A DNA stretch of 64,000 nt from Gemmatimonadales bacterium (GCA_035456525.1 DATICZ010000224.1:4362-68361); one strand, 5' to 3'; shown: positions 28,258 to 37,516, numbered from the stretch's first letter. Made by a program: numbers and translations. The notes: a model not told the origin generated them from the sequence alone.

Positions 28258-29208
28258 ATGACCACCGGCTCACCATCCGCCGCTTCATCCGACGTCGTGT
28301 CACCCACCGTGCTGCTGGGCGTCGACGTCGGGGGAAGTCACACGGCTGCCGCAATCTCCCGAACCGACTTCGTCGTCCTGAGCCGGGCCGAGGGCCCCGG
28401 AGTGCCGATGCGCTCCGGCGGCGCGTCGCAGACCGCCGCGGCGATCGCCGAAGTCACGGCGCGTGCCGCCCGGGTCGCCGGGGTGACCCTGCCCGTGGAT
28501 CGGGCGATGGTGGGAGCGGCCGGCGCGGGCCGCGCGATGGAACGCCGCGAGCTCAAGCAGGCGTTGGCAGCGCACGGCGTGGCGCGGTCCCTGGAGGTGG
28601 TGGCCGACGGGGAAATCGCGCTGGCGGCGGCCTTCGGCACCGAGCCCGGAGTCCTCGTGAACGCCGGCACGGGCTCGATCGCCTACGCGCGGGACCACCA
28701 CGGCCGCCTGCGCCGCAGCGGTGGCTACGGGTGGCAGCTGAGCGACGAAGGGGGAGGCTACTGGATCGGGCGTCGCGCCCTGTCGGTCGCGGCCAAGGCG
28801 CGCGACGGCGGCGGGGACGGCGGGGCGCTGCTGGCGCGGCTGCTCCCCGCTCTCAAACTGCATGAGTTCGACGACCTGGTACGCTGGGCGGCTTCGGCCG
28901 ATCCGGCGCACATCGCCGCGCTCGCCCCGCACGTCATGAGCGCGGCCGCCGCGGGCGATCCCGCGGCCCTGCGTATCACCGAGGACGCCGCCGCCGAGTT
29001 GGTGTCGCTCGTTCAGGTGGTCGAACCAATGTTCGCCCCGGATGATCCGCTGCCGATCGCCGCGGCGGGAGGGTTACTCCGAACGGGAAGCCCGCTGCTC
29101 AATGCGTTCAAGACCCGGCTCGAGGCCACGTTGCCGCGGGCCCGGTTGCGGGAAGTCACCGTCGACGCTCCACTCGGCGCGCTGCGCCTGGCTGCAGAGC
29201 TGACCTAA
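28258..29208 (+). CDS. BadF/BadG/BcrA/BcrD-type ATPase (N-acetylglucosamine-kinase-like)
   Basis: LGVDVGGSHT, VNAGTGSIAY and GWQLSDEGGGYWIG motifs. The start is either ATG 28258 or ATG 28219. Confidence 0.75.
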   Translation: MTTGSPSAASSDVVSPTVLLGVDVGGSHTAAAISRTDFVVLSRAEGPGVPMRSGGASQTAAAIAEVTARAARVAGVTLPVDRAMVGAAGAGRAMERRELKQALAAHGVARSLEVVADGEIALAAAFGTEPGVLVNAGTGSIAYARDHHGRLRRSGGYGWQLSDEGGGYWIGRRALSVAAKARDGGGDGGALLARLLPALKLHEFDDLVRWAASADPAHIAALAPHVMSAAAAGDPAALRITEDAAAELVSLVQVVEPMFAPDDPLPIAAAGGLLRTGSPLLNAFKTRLEATLPRARLREVTVDAPLGALRLAAELT

Positions 29209-29300
29209 CGCACAGGCGGCATTTGACTTCGGCCGCCGACCCGCCTACCTTTGGGAAGAGCGCCAGGCACGCCAACCGCGTGTCGGCATCAGCGGAAGTC

Positions 29301-29346
29301 AAGGCGGGACTTGGCCATGCGCGCCGGTCCCGCCTTTGCTTTTCGC
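29301..29346 (+). promoter_or_regulatory. Leader hairpin plus T-run upstream of the CSD gene (terminator/attenuator-like)
   Basis: AAGGCGGGAC (29301-29310) pairs with GTCCCGCCTT (29327-29336) and is followed by TGCTTTTCG. It lies about 30 nt upstream of ATG 29374. Confidence 0.45.
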
Positions 29347-29373
29347 GAAACCTCACGGATGGGAGTCGTAACG

Positions 29374-29610
29374 ATGCGTGTATTGGGTAAGGTGAAGTGG
29401 TACGATCTCGTGCGCTGCTTCGGCGTGATCGGCCGGGCGAATGGGGGGAGGGAGTGCCTCGTGCACCACTCCGCGATCCGGGGGACGATGTGCAACCCGC
29501 TCGCCGAGGGTGAACCGGTGGAGTTCGAAGTGGCTGAAGGCGGGGGCGGCGCCACCGCGCGTGACGTCATTCGTCTGGGGTGGTCGTTCGCCGCGCCGGA
29601 GGTTGCGTGA
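29374..29610 (+). CDS. Divergent cold-shock-domain protein
   Basis: MRVLGKVKWYDLVRCFGVIGRANGGRECLVHHSAIRG...GEPVEFEV. It has CSD topology but non-canonical RNP motifs (RCFGVI, CLVHH). GGGAG lies 8 nt upstream. Confidence 0.7.
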   Translation: MRVLGKVKWYDLVRCFGVIGRANGGRECLVHHSAIRGTMCNPLAEGEPVEFEVAEGGGGATARDVIRLGWSFAAPEVA

Positions 29611-29807
29611 ACCGGTCACGCGTGGAGCTCGGCCGGACGGGCCTGGTCATGGACGGGGGGCCGCCGTTCTGCGAGGGCTGCGGGCAGCGCCTCCATTTCA
29701 GCACCGACCGCTCCGGCCGCACGATGGAATCCTGTGATTGCGGCTACCGGGCGTTCGTGAAGACGCAGCGAAGCCCGGCGGAAGAGGTGCGCCCGAAGTC
29801 GCGGTAA
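29607..29807 (+). CDS. Small Zn-finger protein (CxxC...CxC), translationally coupled to the CSD gene
   Basis: The GTG overlaps the CSD stop (GTGA); the alternative start is ATG 29649. FCEGCGQRLHFSTDRSGRTMESCDCGYRAF. Confidence 0.4.
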   Translation: MNRSRVELGRTGLVMDGGPPFCEGCGQRLHFSTDRSGRTMESCDCGYRAFVKTQRSPAEEVRPKSR

Positions 29808-29815
29808 CGCGCCCC

Positions 29816-31093
29816 TCACGCCGCCTGTTTGACCCGCCGCGCATCCCAACCATCTTCCGTCCGGGCGACGTACACCGTCGCCGACATATCCCCGATCACG
29901 TTCAACGTCGTGCGACTCATGTCGAGGATCCGGTCGACTCCGAGGATGACCGCGATGGCTTCCGGCGGAACGCCCACGGTCGCGAGCACGACCATGAGCA
30001 GGGGGAGCGACCCCCCCGGCACGCCCGCCGCCCCGACGGCGGTGATCACGCTCAACACGATCACGAAGGCCTGGGTCCCGATGCCGAGCGGCACGCCGAA
30101 TACTTGAGCGAGAAAGAGCACGGTCACGCCCTCATAGAGGGCGGTGCCGTTCATGCACATGGTCGAGCCGATCGGCAGGACGAAGCCCGCGATGCGCGGG
30201 GAGATCCCCAGCTGCTCCTCCGCCACGGCCAGGTTGGTAGGTAGCGTCGCGTTGCTCGAGCTGGTCGAGAACGCCGTGATCATGCTGGCGCGAATGCGGG
30301 AGAAGAAGGTGACGGGGTTCAGCCCGCCCAGGAACCGGACGATGGCCGACAACGTGATCGCGCCGTGCAGCAGCAACCCCACGAGCACGACCGCCATGTA
30401 CTTGCCCAGGGCCCCGAGGAGGTTCCACCCGAACTTCGACGTCACGACGAAAATCAGGCCGAACACACCGTAGGGGGCGAGCCGCATCGCGATGTCGATG
30501 ATCTTGACGATCACGTCGCCACCCGCCTCGAGGAGCTTCTGCACCGGCTTCGCCTTCTCCTCGGGGATCAGGGTGAGCGCCACGCCGACCATCACCGAAA
30601 AGAAGATGATGCCGAGCATGTCGAGATCGGCCGCCGCCTTGACGGGATTGCGCGGTACGATGTTGACCACCATATCGACGCCCGGCTTGAGCGTCATCGA
30701 CGCTTGAATTTCCTGCGCTTTGCCGCCATACGTCGCCATCAGCTGCTCGCGCACGGTGACGTCGAGTCCATCCCCCGGCCGGACGAGATTGACCAGGATG
30801 AGCCCCAGGGTCGCCGACAGCGCGGTGGTGACCAGGAAATACACGATCGCCCGTCCACCCACCCGACCGATGCGCCGCACGTCTCCCAGGCCTGCGACGC
30901 CGACCGTCAGGGAGCAGAACACCAGCGGCACGACCGTCATGATCAGCAGCCGCAGGAAGATCTGGCCCACCGGCTCGGCGAGGTTATTCCGCAACCATGC
31001 GACGGTCGTCGAGTCGTGCGCCCAGGTGTAGCTCGCGAGCCCGGCCGCGGCGCCGAGCACGAGGCCGAGGAGAATCTTGGTGTGGAGTTTCAT
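29816..31093 (-). CDS. Dicarboxylate/amino acid:cation symporter (DAACS family)
   Basis: 425-aa ORF with the typical GltP/SstT-like organisation (FSTSSSNATLP, GVPGGSL). Confidence 0.88.
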   Translation of the reverse strand: MKLHTKILLGLVLGAAAGLASYTWAHDSTTVAWLRNNLAEPVGQIFLRLLIMTVVPLVFCSLTVGVAGLGDVRRIGRVGGRAIVYFLVTTALSATLGLILVNLVRPGDGLDVTVREQLMATYGGKAQEIQASMTLKPGVDMVVNIVPRNPVKAAADLDMLGIIFFSVMVGVALTLIPEEKAKPVQKLLEAGGDVIVKIIDIAMRLAPYGVFGLIFVVTSKFGWNLLGALGKYMAVVLVGLLLHGAITLSAIVRFLGGLNPVTFFSRIRASMITAFSTSSSNATLPTNLAVAEEQLGISPRIAGFVLPIGSTMCMNGTALYEGVTVLFLAQVFGVPLGIGTQAFVIVLSVITAVGAAGVPGGSLPLLMVVLATVGVPPEAIAVILGVDRILDMSRTTLNVIGDMSATVYVARTEDGWDARRVKQAA

Positions 31094-31096
31094 GCG

Positions 31097-32590
31097 TCAG
31101 GGAGTGGTCTGTTGCCGGACTCGGCTGTGTCGTACGCTGTACAGGAAGTAGATGGCCGCGCCCGCCAGCATCCACAGCACGAACCGCAGCCAGGTGATCT
31201 TCGGCAGGTTGTAGATCAGGTAGGCGCAGAAGGCGATCGAGAGTAGCGGCAGCCACGGCACGAACGGCGTCCGGAAGGGACGCGGGCGGTCCGGCTCCCG
31301 GTAGCGCAGCACGATGATCCCGACGGCGACGAGCATGAACGCGAACAGGGTCCCGATGTTCGTGAGCTCGAGGACCACGCCGATCGGCGCGAAGGCCGCG
31401 AACAACCCGACGAACACGCCGGTCACGATCGTGGTGATGTGCGGGGTCTTGAAGCGCGGGTGGACCTTCGCGGCCCAGGGCGGCAAGAGGCCATCACGCG
31501 CCATGGACATGAAGATGCGCGCCTGACCCAGCTGGAACACGAGCAGGACCGACGTCATGGCGGCGACCGCGCCGAGCGCGAGCACCCCGGCGGCCCAATT
31601 GGCGTGGATGTACTGCAGCGCGACCGCGAGCGGATCGGGCACGTTCAGCTTGTCCCAGGGGATCAGCCCGGTGAGCACGAGGCCGATGGCGATGTACAGG
31701 ACCGTGCAGAGAATCAGCGACGCGATGATGCCGATCGGGATGTCGCGTTGCGGGTTCTTCGCCTCCTCCGAGGCCGTGCTCACGGCGTCGAACCCGATGT
31801 AGGAAAAGAAGATGATCGCGGCCCCGGCGCCGATCCCCGTCATGCCGTTGGGCGCGAAGCTCGGCGTGGTCCATTGCTCGGGGCGCACGTACTTCAGACC
31901 GACGAACAGGAAGAGCCCGATGATCCCCACCTTGACCGCGACCATCAGGGTGTTCACCCACGCCGATTCGCGCGTCCCGATGACGAGCAGCACGGTGATC
32001 ACGCCGACGATGGCGAGCGCCGGCAGGTTGAACACGATCGGAAGCGGGCCGAGGTGCGGCGCCGACGCCAGCAGCTCCGGATTCTTCATCGCCGAGAGGA
32101 AATCGGTCATGATCCAGCGCGGGAGCTCGATCCCCATGCCCCGCAAGAGGGAATCGAAATAGCCGGCCCAGCCGATCGCCACGGCGATGTTGCCCACGGC
32201 GTATTCCAGAATCAGGTCCCAGCCGATGATCCACGCGAACAGCTCGCCCAGCGTCGCGTACGCATAGGTGTACGCACTCCCCGAGATCGGGATCAGGGCC
32301 GCGAACTCCGAGTAGGTCAGCGCCGCGAGCGCGCTCGTGATGCCGGCGAGCCCGATCGACACGACGATGGCCGATCCCGCGCCGAGGTGGCCCGAGTCGC
32401 CGCTGATGGCGGTGCCAATCGCCGCGAAGATCCCCGCGCCGATGATCGCCCCCACCCCAAGCGCGGTGAGCTGCAGGGGGCCGAGCGAGCGGCGTAGCCC
32501 CCCGCCCCGCTCGCCGTCGGCGATGCACTGATCCACGGATTTCCGGGCAAACAACTGTCCCCGGGCCGGGCGAGCCACGCCTTCGTTCAT
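31097..32590 (-). CDS. Amino acid permease (APC superfamily)
   Basis: [20 protein letters not shown] and 12 or more TM segments. Start at MNEGV, with AGGAG 6 nt upstream. Confidence 0.88.
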   Translation of the reverse strand: MNEGVARPARGQLFARKSVDQCIADGERGGGLRRSLGPLQLTALGVGAIIGAGIFAAIGTAISGDSGHLGAGSAIVVSIGLAGITSALAALTYSEFAALIPISGSAYTYAYATLGELFAWIIGWDLILEYAVGNIAVAIGWAGYFDSLLRGMGIELPRWIMTDFLSAMKNPELLASAPHLGPLPIVFNLPALAIVGVITVLLVIGTRESAWVNTLMVAVKVGIIGLFLFVGLKYVRPEQWTTPSFAPNGMTGIGAGAAIIFFSYIGFDAVSTASEEAKNPQRDIPIGIIASLILCTVLYIAIGLVLTGLIPWDKLNVPDPLAVALQYIHANWAAGVLALGAVAAMTSVLLVFQLGQARIFMSMARDGLLPPWAAKVHPRFKTPHITTIVTGVFVGLFAAFAPIGVVLELTNIGTLFAFMLVAVGIIVLRYREPDRPRPFRTPFVPWLPLLSIAFCAYLIYNLPKITWLRFVLWMLAGAAIYFLYSVRHSRVRQQTTP

Positions 32591-32617
32591 CAACCACTCC
32601 TGCATGCGATGGGTTTT

Positions 32618-32633
32618 GGGGCCGCGCGGCCCC
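32618..32633 (-). other. GC palindrome GGGGCCGCGCGGCCCC between the TonB-like gene and the permease gene
   Basis: Perfect 16-nt palindrome. There is no U-tract on the transcribed strand, so its function is unclear. Confidence 0.4.
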
Positions 32634-32640
32634 GTACCGG

Positions 32641-33399
32641 TTAGTGCTGCAGATGCACCTCAGTGACGGCAGGCACCGCACGACCATCCCGGGTCCGAGC
32701 CGGAAGAAACTGGTAGCCCTGCATCTTTTCCTGCATCTCCCGTCGGCACCGGGCATCTTTGGGCGGCGGCTCTACGACCACCCGCGAGACCGTGCCGTCG
32801 GCCTCGATCCAGAATCGGACGGTGAACCGGCCGCGGGCGCAGTCGGCCGGCAGCAGCACGGTCCGGGCGTAGGGCGGAGTAATGTAGTCGCCGGACCCGC
32901 CGCGGCCAGGTCCGGAATCGGTGCCCACTCCCCCGCCGGTGCCGGCGCCGGCTCCCCCACCGGTGCCCGGCCCCTGCCCCGCACCTCCCCCGGTCCCCGT
33001 CCCTGCAGTGGGGGCTGCGGGGATCGGGAGCGACGCGGGTGCCACGACCGGGACGTCGGGTACCGCCGTCTCGGACTCCACCGGAACGGGATCGGGTGGC
33101 GGAGCGGTGACCACCGGCGCGGGCGCCGTGACCTGGGAAGGCGGAGGAGCCGTGAGCGCAGGCAACTCGACGTAGCGCGTCGACGCACCCGCGCCGCCAC
33201 CGCCGCCTCCCCGGGGTCCGCGGGCGTCGCCCGCGCCGTTGATCCAGTCCACGCCGAACCGCACCAGCGACAGCAGGATGAGGGCGTGCAGCACCACGGA
33301 GGCGACGACCCCTCCGGAACGGCGCCGCGGGCGCGGCAGCCGGAACGGTGGCGGAGGCGGGAGGACCCGCGGCAACTGGTCAGGGAGAGGGGCGTTCAC
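32641..33399 (-). CDS. TonB-family protein (Pro/Gly-rich linker, C-terminal TonB-like domain)
   Basis: TM anchor [16 protein letters not shown], Pro-rich then Gly-rich linker, and a C-terminal [18 protein letters not shown] domain. Start taken at GTG 33399, downstream of the hairpin; the track start is 33435. Confidence 0.65.
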   Translation of the reverse strand: MNAPLPDQLPRVLPPPPPFRLPRPRRRSGGVVASVVLHALILLSLVRFGVDWINGAGDARGPRGGGGGGAGASTRYVELPALTAPPPSQVTAPAPVVTAPPPDPVPVESETAVPDVPVVAPASLPIPAAPTAGTGTGGGAGQGPGTGGGAGAGTGGGVGTDSGPGRGGSGDYITPPYARTVLLPADCARGRFTVRFWIEADGTVSRVVVEPPPKDARCRREMQEKMQGYQFLPARTRDGRAVPAVTEVHLQH

Positions 33400-33427
33400 G
33401 GCAGGTAGATACCCCGAAACGCAACGC

Positions 33428-33450
33428 AGGGGCACGGCATCCGTGCCCCT
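33428..33450 (-). other. Perfect 10-bp hairpin (AGGGGCACGG cat CCGTGCCCCT) between exbD and the TonB-like gene
   Basis: Verified base by base. It lies 32 nt downstream of the exbD stop and is followed on the mRNA by GCGUUGCGUUUCGG. Confidence 0.6.
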
Positions 33451-33481
33451 ACGCGTCCGGCCTTCATCTGGTTGCGCGACG

Positions 33482-33910
33482 CTATTGCGCGGCCGTCGGC
33501 TCCGGCGGCGGCGTGAAGCCGATCACCTGGACGCCCGCCCCGCGGGCGATGTCCATCGCCTCGATCACGTCGCCGTACTGGCGATTGGGTGCGGCCTTGA
33601 TGAACATGAGCTTGGCGACGCGCTGGTCGAAGATCTCATGCAACGCGGCGTCGAGCTGGCCCTTGGCGAACGGTTTGGTGTTGATCGCGTACCCGCCCTC
33701 GGGCGTGAGCTCGAGCACGATCTGAGCGGATTGCTGCGGCGGCTTTTTCTGCTGCGGCTGCTCGGGCGGCACCTGCGTAATGAACGCCTTGCGCGACAGG
33801 GGCAGAATGATCATGAAGATGATCAGCAGCACGAGCAGCACGTCGATCATCGGCGTGACGTTGATGTCGGACGAGAGCCCGCCGTCATTGCCACCGGTTT
33901 GCATAGCCAT
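33482..33910 (-). CDS. exbD: Biopolymer transport protein ExbD/TolR
   Basis: INVTPMIDVLLVLLIIFM signature. Confidence 0.9.
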   Translation of the reverse strand: MAMQTGGNDGGLSSDINVTPMIDVLLVLLIIFMIILPLSRKAFITQVPPEQPQQKKPPQQSAQIVLELTPEGGYAINTKPFAKGQLDAALHEIFDQRVAKLMFIKAAPNRQYGDVIEAMDIARGAGVQVIGFTPPPEPTAAQ

Positions 33911-33919
33911 GGCTGCCCC

Positions 33920-34381
33920 CTATTGCGCCGGTTCCGTCTTGCGCTGCTCGGCAATGGCCCCGATCACGCGCACTCCCGCGCGACGGGCGATGGCAATCGC
34001 CTGCTGGACCCGCTCGTACTTGATGTTCGCATCGGCCTTGAGAAACAGGATTTTGTCGCTCGTCCGGGCGGCGTAGATGGCCACCAGCTGGCTGGCCAAC
34101 TCCTCGTCGCTGATGAAGCGCATCCCGGTGTACTGACCGCCGGGCCCGGGCAAGTCGAGAAAGAACTGCCCGTCCTTGTCAATGCCGAGGCGGATCTCGC
34201 CTTCCTTTTCTTCCTGCTTGTCCGGGTTCAGCGCGCGCGGGATACTCGCCTGGAAGCCGGCCGTGATCAACGGCGTCACGATCATGAAGATGATCAGCAG
34301 CACCAACATCACGTCAATCATCGGCGTGACGTTGATGTTGGCGTTGACCGGCGCCTTGGCGCTAGCGGCTGATCGGGCCAC
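33920..34381 (-). CDS. exbD: Biopolymer transport protein ExbD/TolR (second copy)
   Basis: INVTPMIDVMLVLLIIFM signature. Confidence 0.9.
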   Translation of the reverse strand: MARSAASAKAPVNANINVTPMIDVMLVLLIIFMIVTPLITAGFQASIPRALNPDKQEEKEGEIRLGIDKDGQFFLDLPGPGGQYTGMRFISDEELASQLVAIYAARTSDKILFLKADANIKYERVQQAIAIARRAGVRVIGAIAEQRKTEPAQ

Positions 34382-35108
34382 TGGACTGCGTCGCCTTCTG
34401 AGCCTGGAATTCCTTGGTGAAGATCGACCGGCCGAACTCCGACCCGACGCTGCGGATCAGATAGTCGATCAGCTCCTTCGAAGTGTACGTCATTTCCACG
34501 GAGATGAAGTCGATCTTCGTGGTGAAGTAGTTGTAGAACCACACCGCCGGGATCGCCGCCACGAGGCCGATGGCCGTCGTGATCAGCGCTTCAGAAATAC
34601 CGCCGGCCACGGCACCCAGGGAGCCGCCGCCGCCCGACGCCATCATGCCGGTGAAGGCGTTCACGATTCCCATCGTCGTGCCCAACAGCCCCACGAACGG
34701 CGCCGTCGCGCCGATCGTCGCCAGGATGCCGAGCCCGCGCTTCAGCTCGGAGACGATGATCAGCATCTGCCGCTCCACCGCGCGCTCGGCCGAATTGATG
34801 TCGGCCGCGGTGATCGTGGCACGGTCGCGCAGCAGCGGCTTCACCTCGGCGAGCGCTTCACCCAGCACACGCGCCACGTGGCTCTTCTTGGTCTTCTCGG
34901 CGAGCGCGATGGCCGCGTCGAGATGCTCTTCCTGGAGGAAGCGCGAGAACTCGGGAACGAACCGCACGGTCTCGCTCGTGGAGCGGCGCAGCTGCCACCA
35001 TTTCATGATGAACGTCGACACCGACCAGATCGACATGAACACGAGGATCACCACGATCCCCTTCGCGAAATAGGTCGACGCGTTCCACATCTCGATGATG
35101 TCGGGCAT
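34362..35108 (-). CDS. exbB: MotA/TolQ/ExbB proton channel protein
   Basis: Three TM helices and the conserved GTTMGIVNAF / ALITTAIGL region. Confidence 0.9.
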   Translation of the reverse strand: MPDIIEMWNASTYFAKGIVVILVFMSIWSVSTFIMKWWQLRRSTSETVRFVPEFSRFLQEEHLDAAIALAEKTKKSHVARVLGEALAEVKPLLRDRATITAADINSAERAVERQMLIIVSELKRGLGILATIGATAPFVGLLGTTMGIVNAFTGMMASGGGGSLGAVAGGISEALITTAIGLVAAIPAVWFYNYFTTKIDFISVEMTYTSKELIDYLIRSVGSEFGRSIFTKEFQAQKATQSSGPISR

Positions 35109-35133
35109 CCGAGGCAGCTCCTCCGCGCAGCGG

Positions 35134-35811
35134 TTAGTGCTTCAGGTTGTAGTTGATCGGGATCTGGATCAGCACGCGCACCGCCTTGCCGTACACGCGT
35201 GCCGGGCGGAACAGCGACTTGAGCACCGTCTGCTTGGCGGACTCGTTGAAGCCGGGGTTGGCGGTCTGGATGATCTTGAGCGAGTTCGGCTCGACGCGCC
35301 CCATGGTGTCGATGATCGCCTGCACCATGACTACGCCTTCGATCCCGGCCTGCGACAGGAGCGGCGGGTAGACGGGCAGCGGCCCGGCCAGCCGTTCCGG
35401 CTTCTCCTGCACGACGTCCACCGAGAGCACCGCGTCGCTCGAGGGCACGATGCCCGTGGCGACACCGCCCTCGACGCCGACGCCCGAGAAATCCTTGGGA
35501 TCGAAATGCTCCTGCAGGTTCACGGGCGGGATGTTGGTCGGAATGTCGGTCGGCGCCACGACGGTCTGGAAGCCCTTGAACTGGACGTCGAGCTGCGGCG
35601 GCGGCGGCTGGTCGGGTTGCTTCTGCTGCTCGGGCTGGATGTACACCAGCGCCGTGTCCACCTTGATCGCGTCATCCGCCGGTCCCGCCGACAGGGTCGC
35701 GTACACGGCCCCGCCGATGACCAGCGTATGGAAGATGAGCGAGGCGAGGCTGGTCCCCGCCATCCGGCCCTTGTTGCTGGGCTTCTTGGACTCGATCAGA
35801 ACGTCGAACAC
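35134..35811 (-). CDS. tonB: Energy transducer TonB
   Basis: MFDVLIESKK N-terminus, TM anchor, QPPPPQ linker, and a C-terminal domain YPPLLSQAGIEGVVMVQAIIDTMGRV. Confidence 0.85.
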   Translation of the reverse strand: MFDVLIESKKPSNKGRMAGTSLASLIFHTLVIGGAVYATLSAGPADDAIKVDTALVYIQPEQQKQPDQPPPPQLDVQFKGFQTVVAPTDIPTNIPPVNLQEHFDPKDFSGVGVEGGVATGIVPSSDAVLSVDVVQEKPERLAGPLPVYPPLLSQAGIEGVVMVQAIIDTMGRVEPNSLKIIQTANPGFNESAKQTVLKSLFRPARVYGKAVRVLIQIPINYNLKH

Positions 35812-35918
35812 GGTCCACTCTCCGTCGCGATGGCTACCGAGATAGTATCCCGCCTCGATTGTCCGCTAGTGGGTGTTTCATTACAAAATGATGACAGGCG
35901 CATGACCGTTCGTCGGAG

Positions 35919-36713
35919 TCAGGGACCGGCGAGATTGTAGCGAAAATGGTCCATCCCCTCGGCATGGATGTCCACGCGCAGGCGCACCCGGGCCCGGACC
36001 GGTCGCGGGCCAAGCATGGCGGGCCGGAACCGCGCCTGCAGGAGCCCCTGCCGGAACGCAGGCTGCCAGGATCGTGCCGTGCTCATGCTGACCTCGACAG
36101 ATCCTGGCTCCACCGACCCCGCTTGGTTGACGATGAAGTGGAACTCAATCGCCCCGCGCAACCCGGAGGCACCCAGACCCGAGGCGCCGGGGTAGATCTG
36201 CGACCCCGACGCAGGAACGTCCTGCGGCTGCACCTGCGGAAAATGCGCGAGCGAGGGTCTGGAAACGCCGGTCGGGCAGCGCTTCACGCATTCGTAGACC
36301 GAGTCCGCGGTCGCCGGCGCGGGCAACACCGCAGCGACCGTCTCGGGCCGCTGGGCCTCGAAGGTCGCCGCCAGCGACGAATCGATCGCGCTCAAGCCCG
36401 CGGCCTGCACCCCCGGGTCGAGGGCGAACGCTCTCCGGAATGCCGCGACCACGGAGGAATCTTCTCCCCTGAAGAACGACACCACCCCCGTGAAGATCCA
36501 GGCTTCGACCTGGCGCGCCACCGGCTCTCCGGCCTGCGAGTCGGTCACGAGGCGCAGCAGCGCCAGGGCGCTGTCGCTGTTCCGCTGGGAGAGCTGCTCG
36601 CGCGCTCGTGCCAGATAATCCGGGCGCGTCTGGGCATGAACCGCCGACACAGTGAGCAACAGCAGCAGCGCGCCGCCGAGTCCCCGTGATCGACTCGTCG
36701 AAAGCTCGGTCAT
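35919..36713 (-). CDS. Secreted protein with a TonB-C-terminal-like domain
   Basis: Start moved to MTELSTSRSRGLGGALLLLLTVSAVHA (signal peptide). The C-terminal GAIEFHFIVNQAGSVEPGSVEV...ARFRPA resembles a TonB_C fold. Confidence 0.6.
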   Translation of the reverse strand: MTELSTSRSRGLGGALLLLLTVSAVHAQTRPDYLARAREQLSQRNSDSALALLRLVTDSQAGEPVARQVEAWIFTGVVSFFRGEDSSVVAAFRRAFALDPGVQAAGLSAIDSSLAATFEAQRPETVAAVLPAPATADSVYECVKRCPTGVSRPSLAHFPQVQPQDVPASGSQIYPGASGLGASGLRGAIEFHFIVNQAGSVEPGSVEVSMSTARSWQPAFRQGLLQARFRPAMLGPRPVRARVRLRVDIHAEGMDHFRYNLAGP

Positions 36714-36765
36714 ATTGAAGAAGCTACGGGCCCCGTGAGCGCTGGCAATAGGCGCCAGGCGCTGC

Positions 36766-37425
36766 TCACGAGGGAGGCCGCAGGCGAAACTCCACCGGGA
36801 CCCGCACCAGCACGCGCACCGCGCGCCCCCACACTCGCCCCGGCCGGAACAGCGCCGCACGGATCGTTGCCACGGCGGCCGCATCGAAGCCCGCGTTGCT
36901 GCTCTGCACCACCCGCAGCGACCCGGGCTCCGGCCGGCCGGTCGTGTCCACGACCACTTCGACCAGGACGTGCCCTACCACTCCGGCGGCACGCAACCGT
37001 GCCGGATAGGGCGGCACCGGGGCGACCAGCAGTTCGGGAGGATGCTCGACCAGCGCTTCCGGAACGGCATCGGTATTCCCGATCCACCCAGGACCTGGAG
37101 GCCCTGCCGCGGGCGTCGCCGGAAGACCCGGCGCCGGCACACCAACAGCAGGCAGGCCGGGAATCGGCAGCGGTGAGGGAATCGGGGGAAGATCGAAGTG
37201 GGTCGGACCCGGCACGACCAGTCCGCCCGGGTCGATCAGCGGGGGACTCGACGGCTCGACGAACGGCAGGAGCTCTGTCCCGAAGACCACGGGCTGCACC
37301 TCACGGGGAGGCGCAGGACGGAGCACCGCGCCGACCACGGCGGCATGCAGACCAACGGCGACGGCAACGCCCCAGCGCGGCAGGCTCAGCACGGTGTGAC
37401 GGCTCTCGAGCAGGGTGTCGAACAT
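36766..37425 (-). CDS. TonB-family protein
   Basis: MFDTLLESRH N-terminus, TM anchor, Pro-rich linker, and YPARLRAAGVVGHVLVEVVVDTTGRP C-terminal domain. Confidence 0.8.
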   Translation of the reverse strand: MFDTLLESRHTVLSLPRWGVAVAVGLHAAVVGAVLRPAPPREVQPVVFGTELLPFVEPSSPPLIDPGGLVVPGPTHFDLPPIPSPLPIPGLPAVGVPAPGLPATPAAGPPGPGWIGNTDAVPEALVEHPPELLVAPVPPYPARLRAAGVVGHVLVEVVVDTTGRPEPGSLRVVQSSNAGFDAAAVATIRAALFRPGRVWGRAVRVLVRVPVEFRLRPPS

Positions 37426-37516
37426 GGCGACCTCGCGTCACGGTTCCCCGCAACGATGGGGAACGCCCGTGTCGCCGGCGTGCCGGTCGCATGACGAATC
37501 GATGACGCGGGGATGA

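Noticed and set aside
29251-29373. The N-terminal extension of the CSD ORF (MGRAPGTPTACRHQRKSRRDLAMRAGPAFAFRETSR...), which would give a 119-aa protein.
   Set aside because: The extension is Arg/Pro/Ala-rich with no CSD homology, and it spans the leader hairpin. An SD-like GGGAG precedes the internal ATG 29374, giving a normal CSD protein of about 78 aa.
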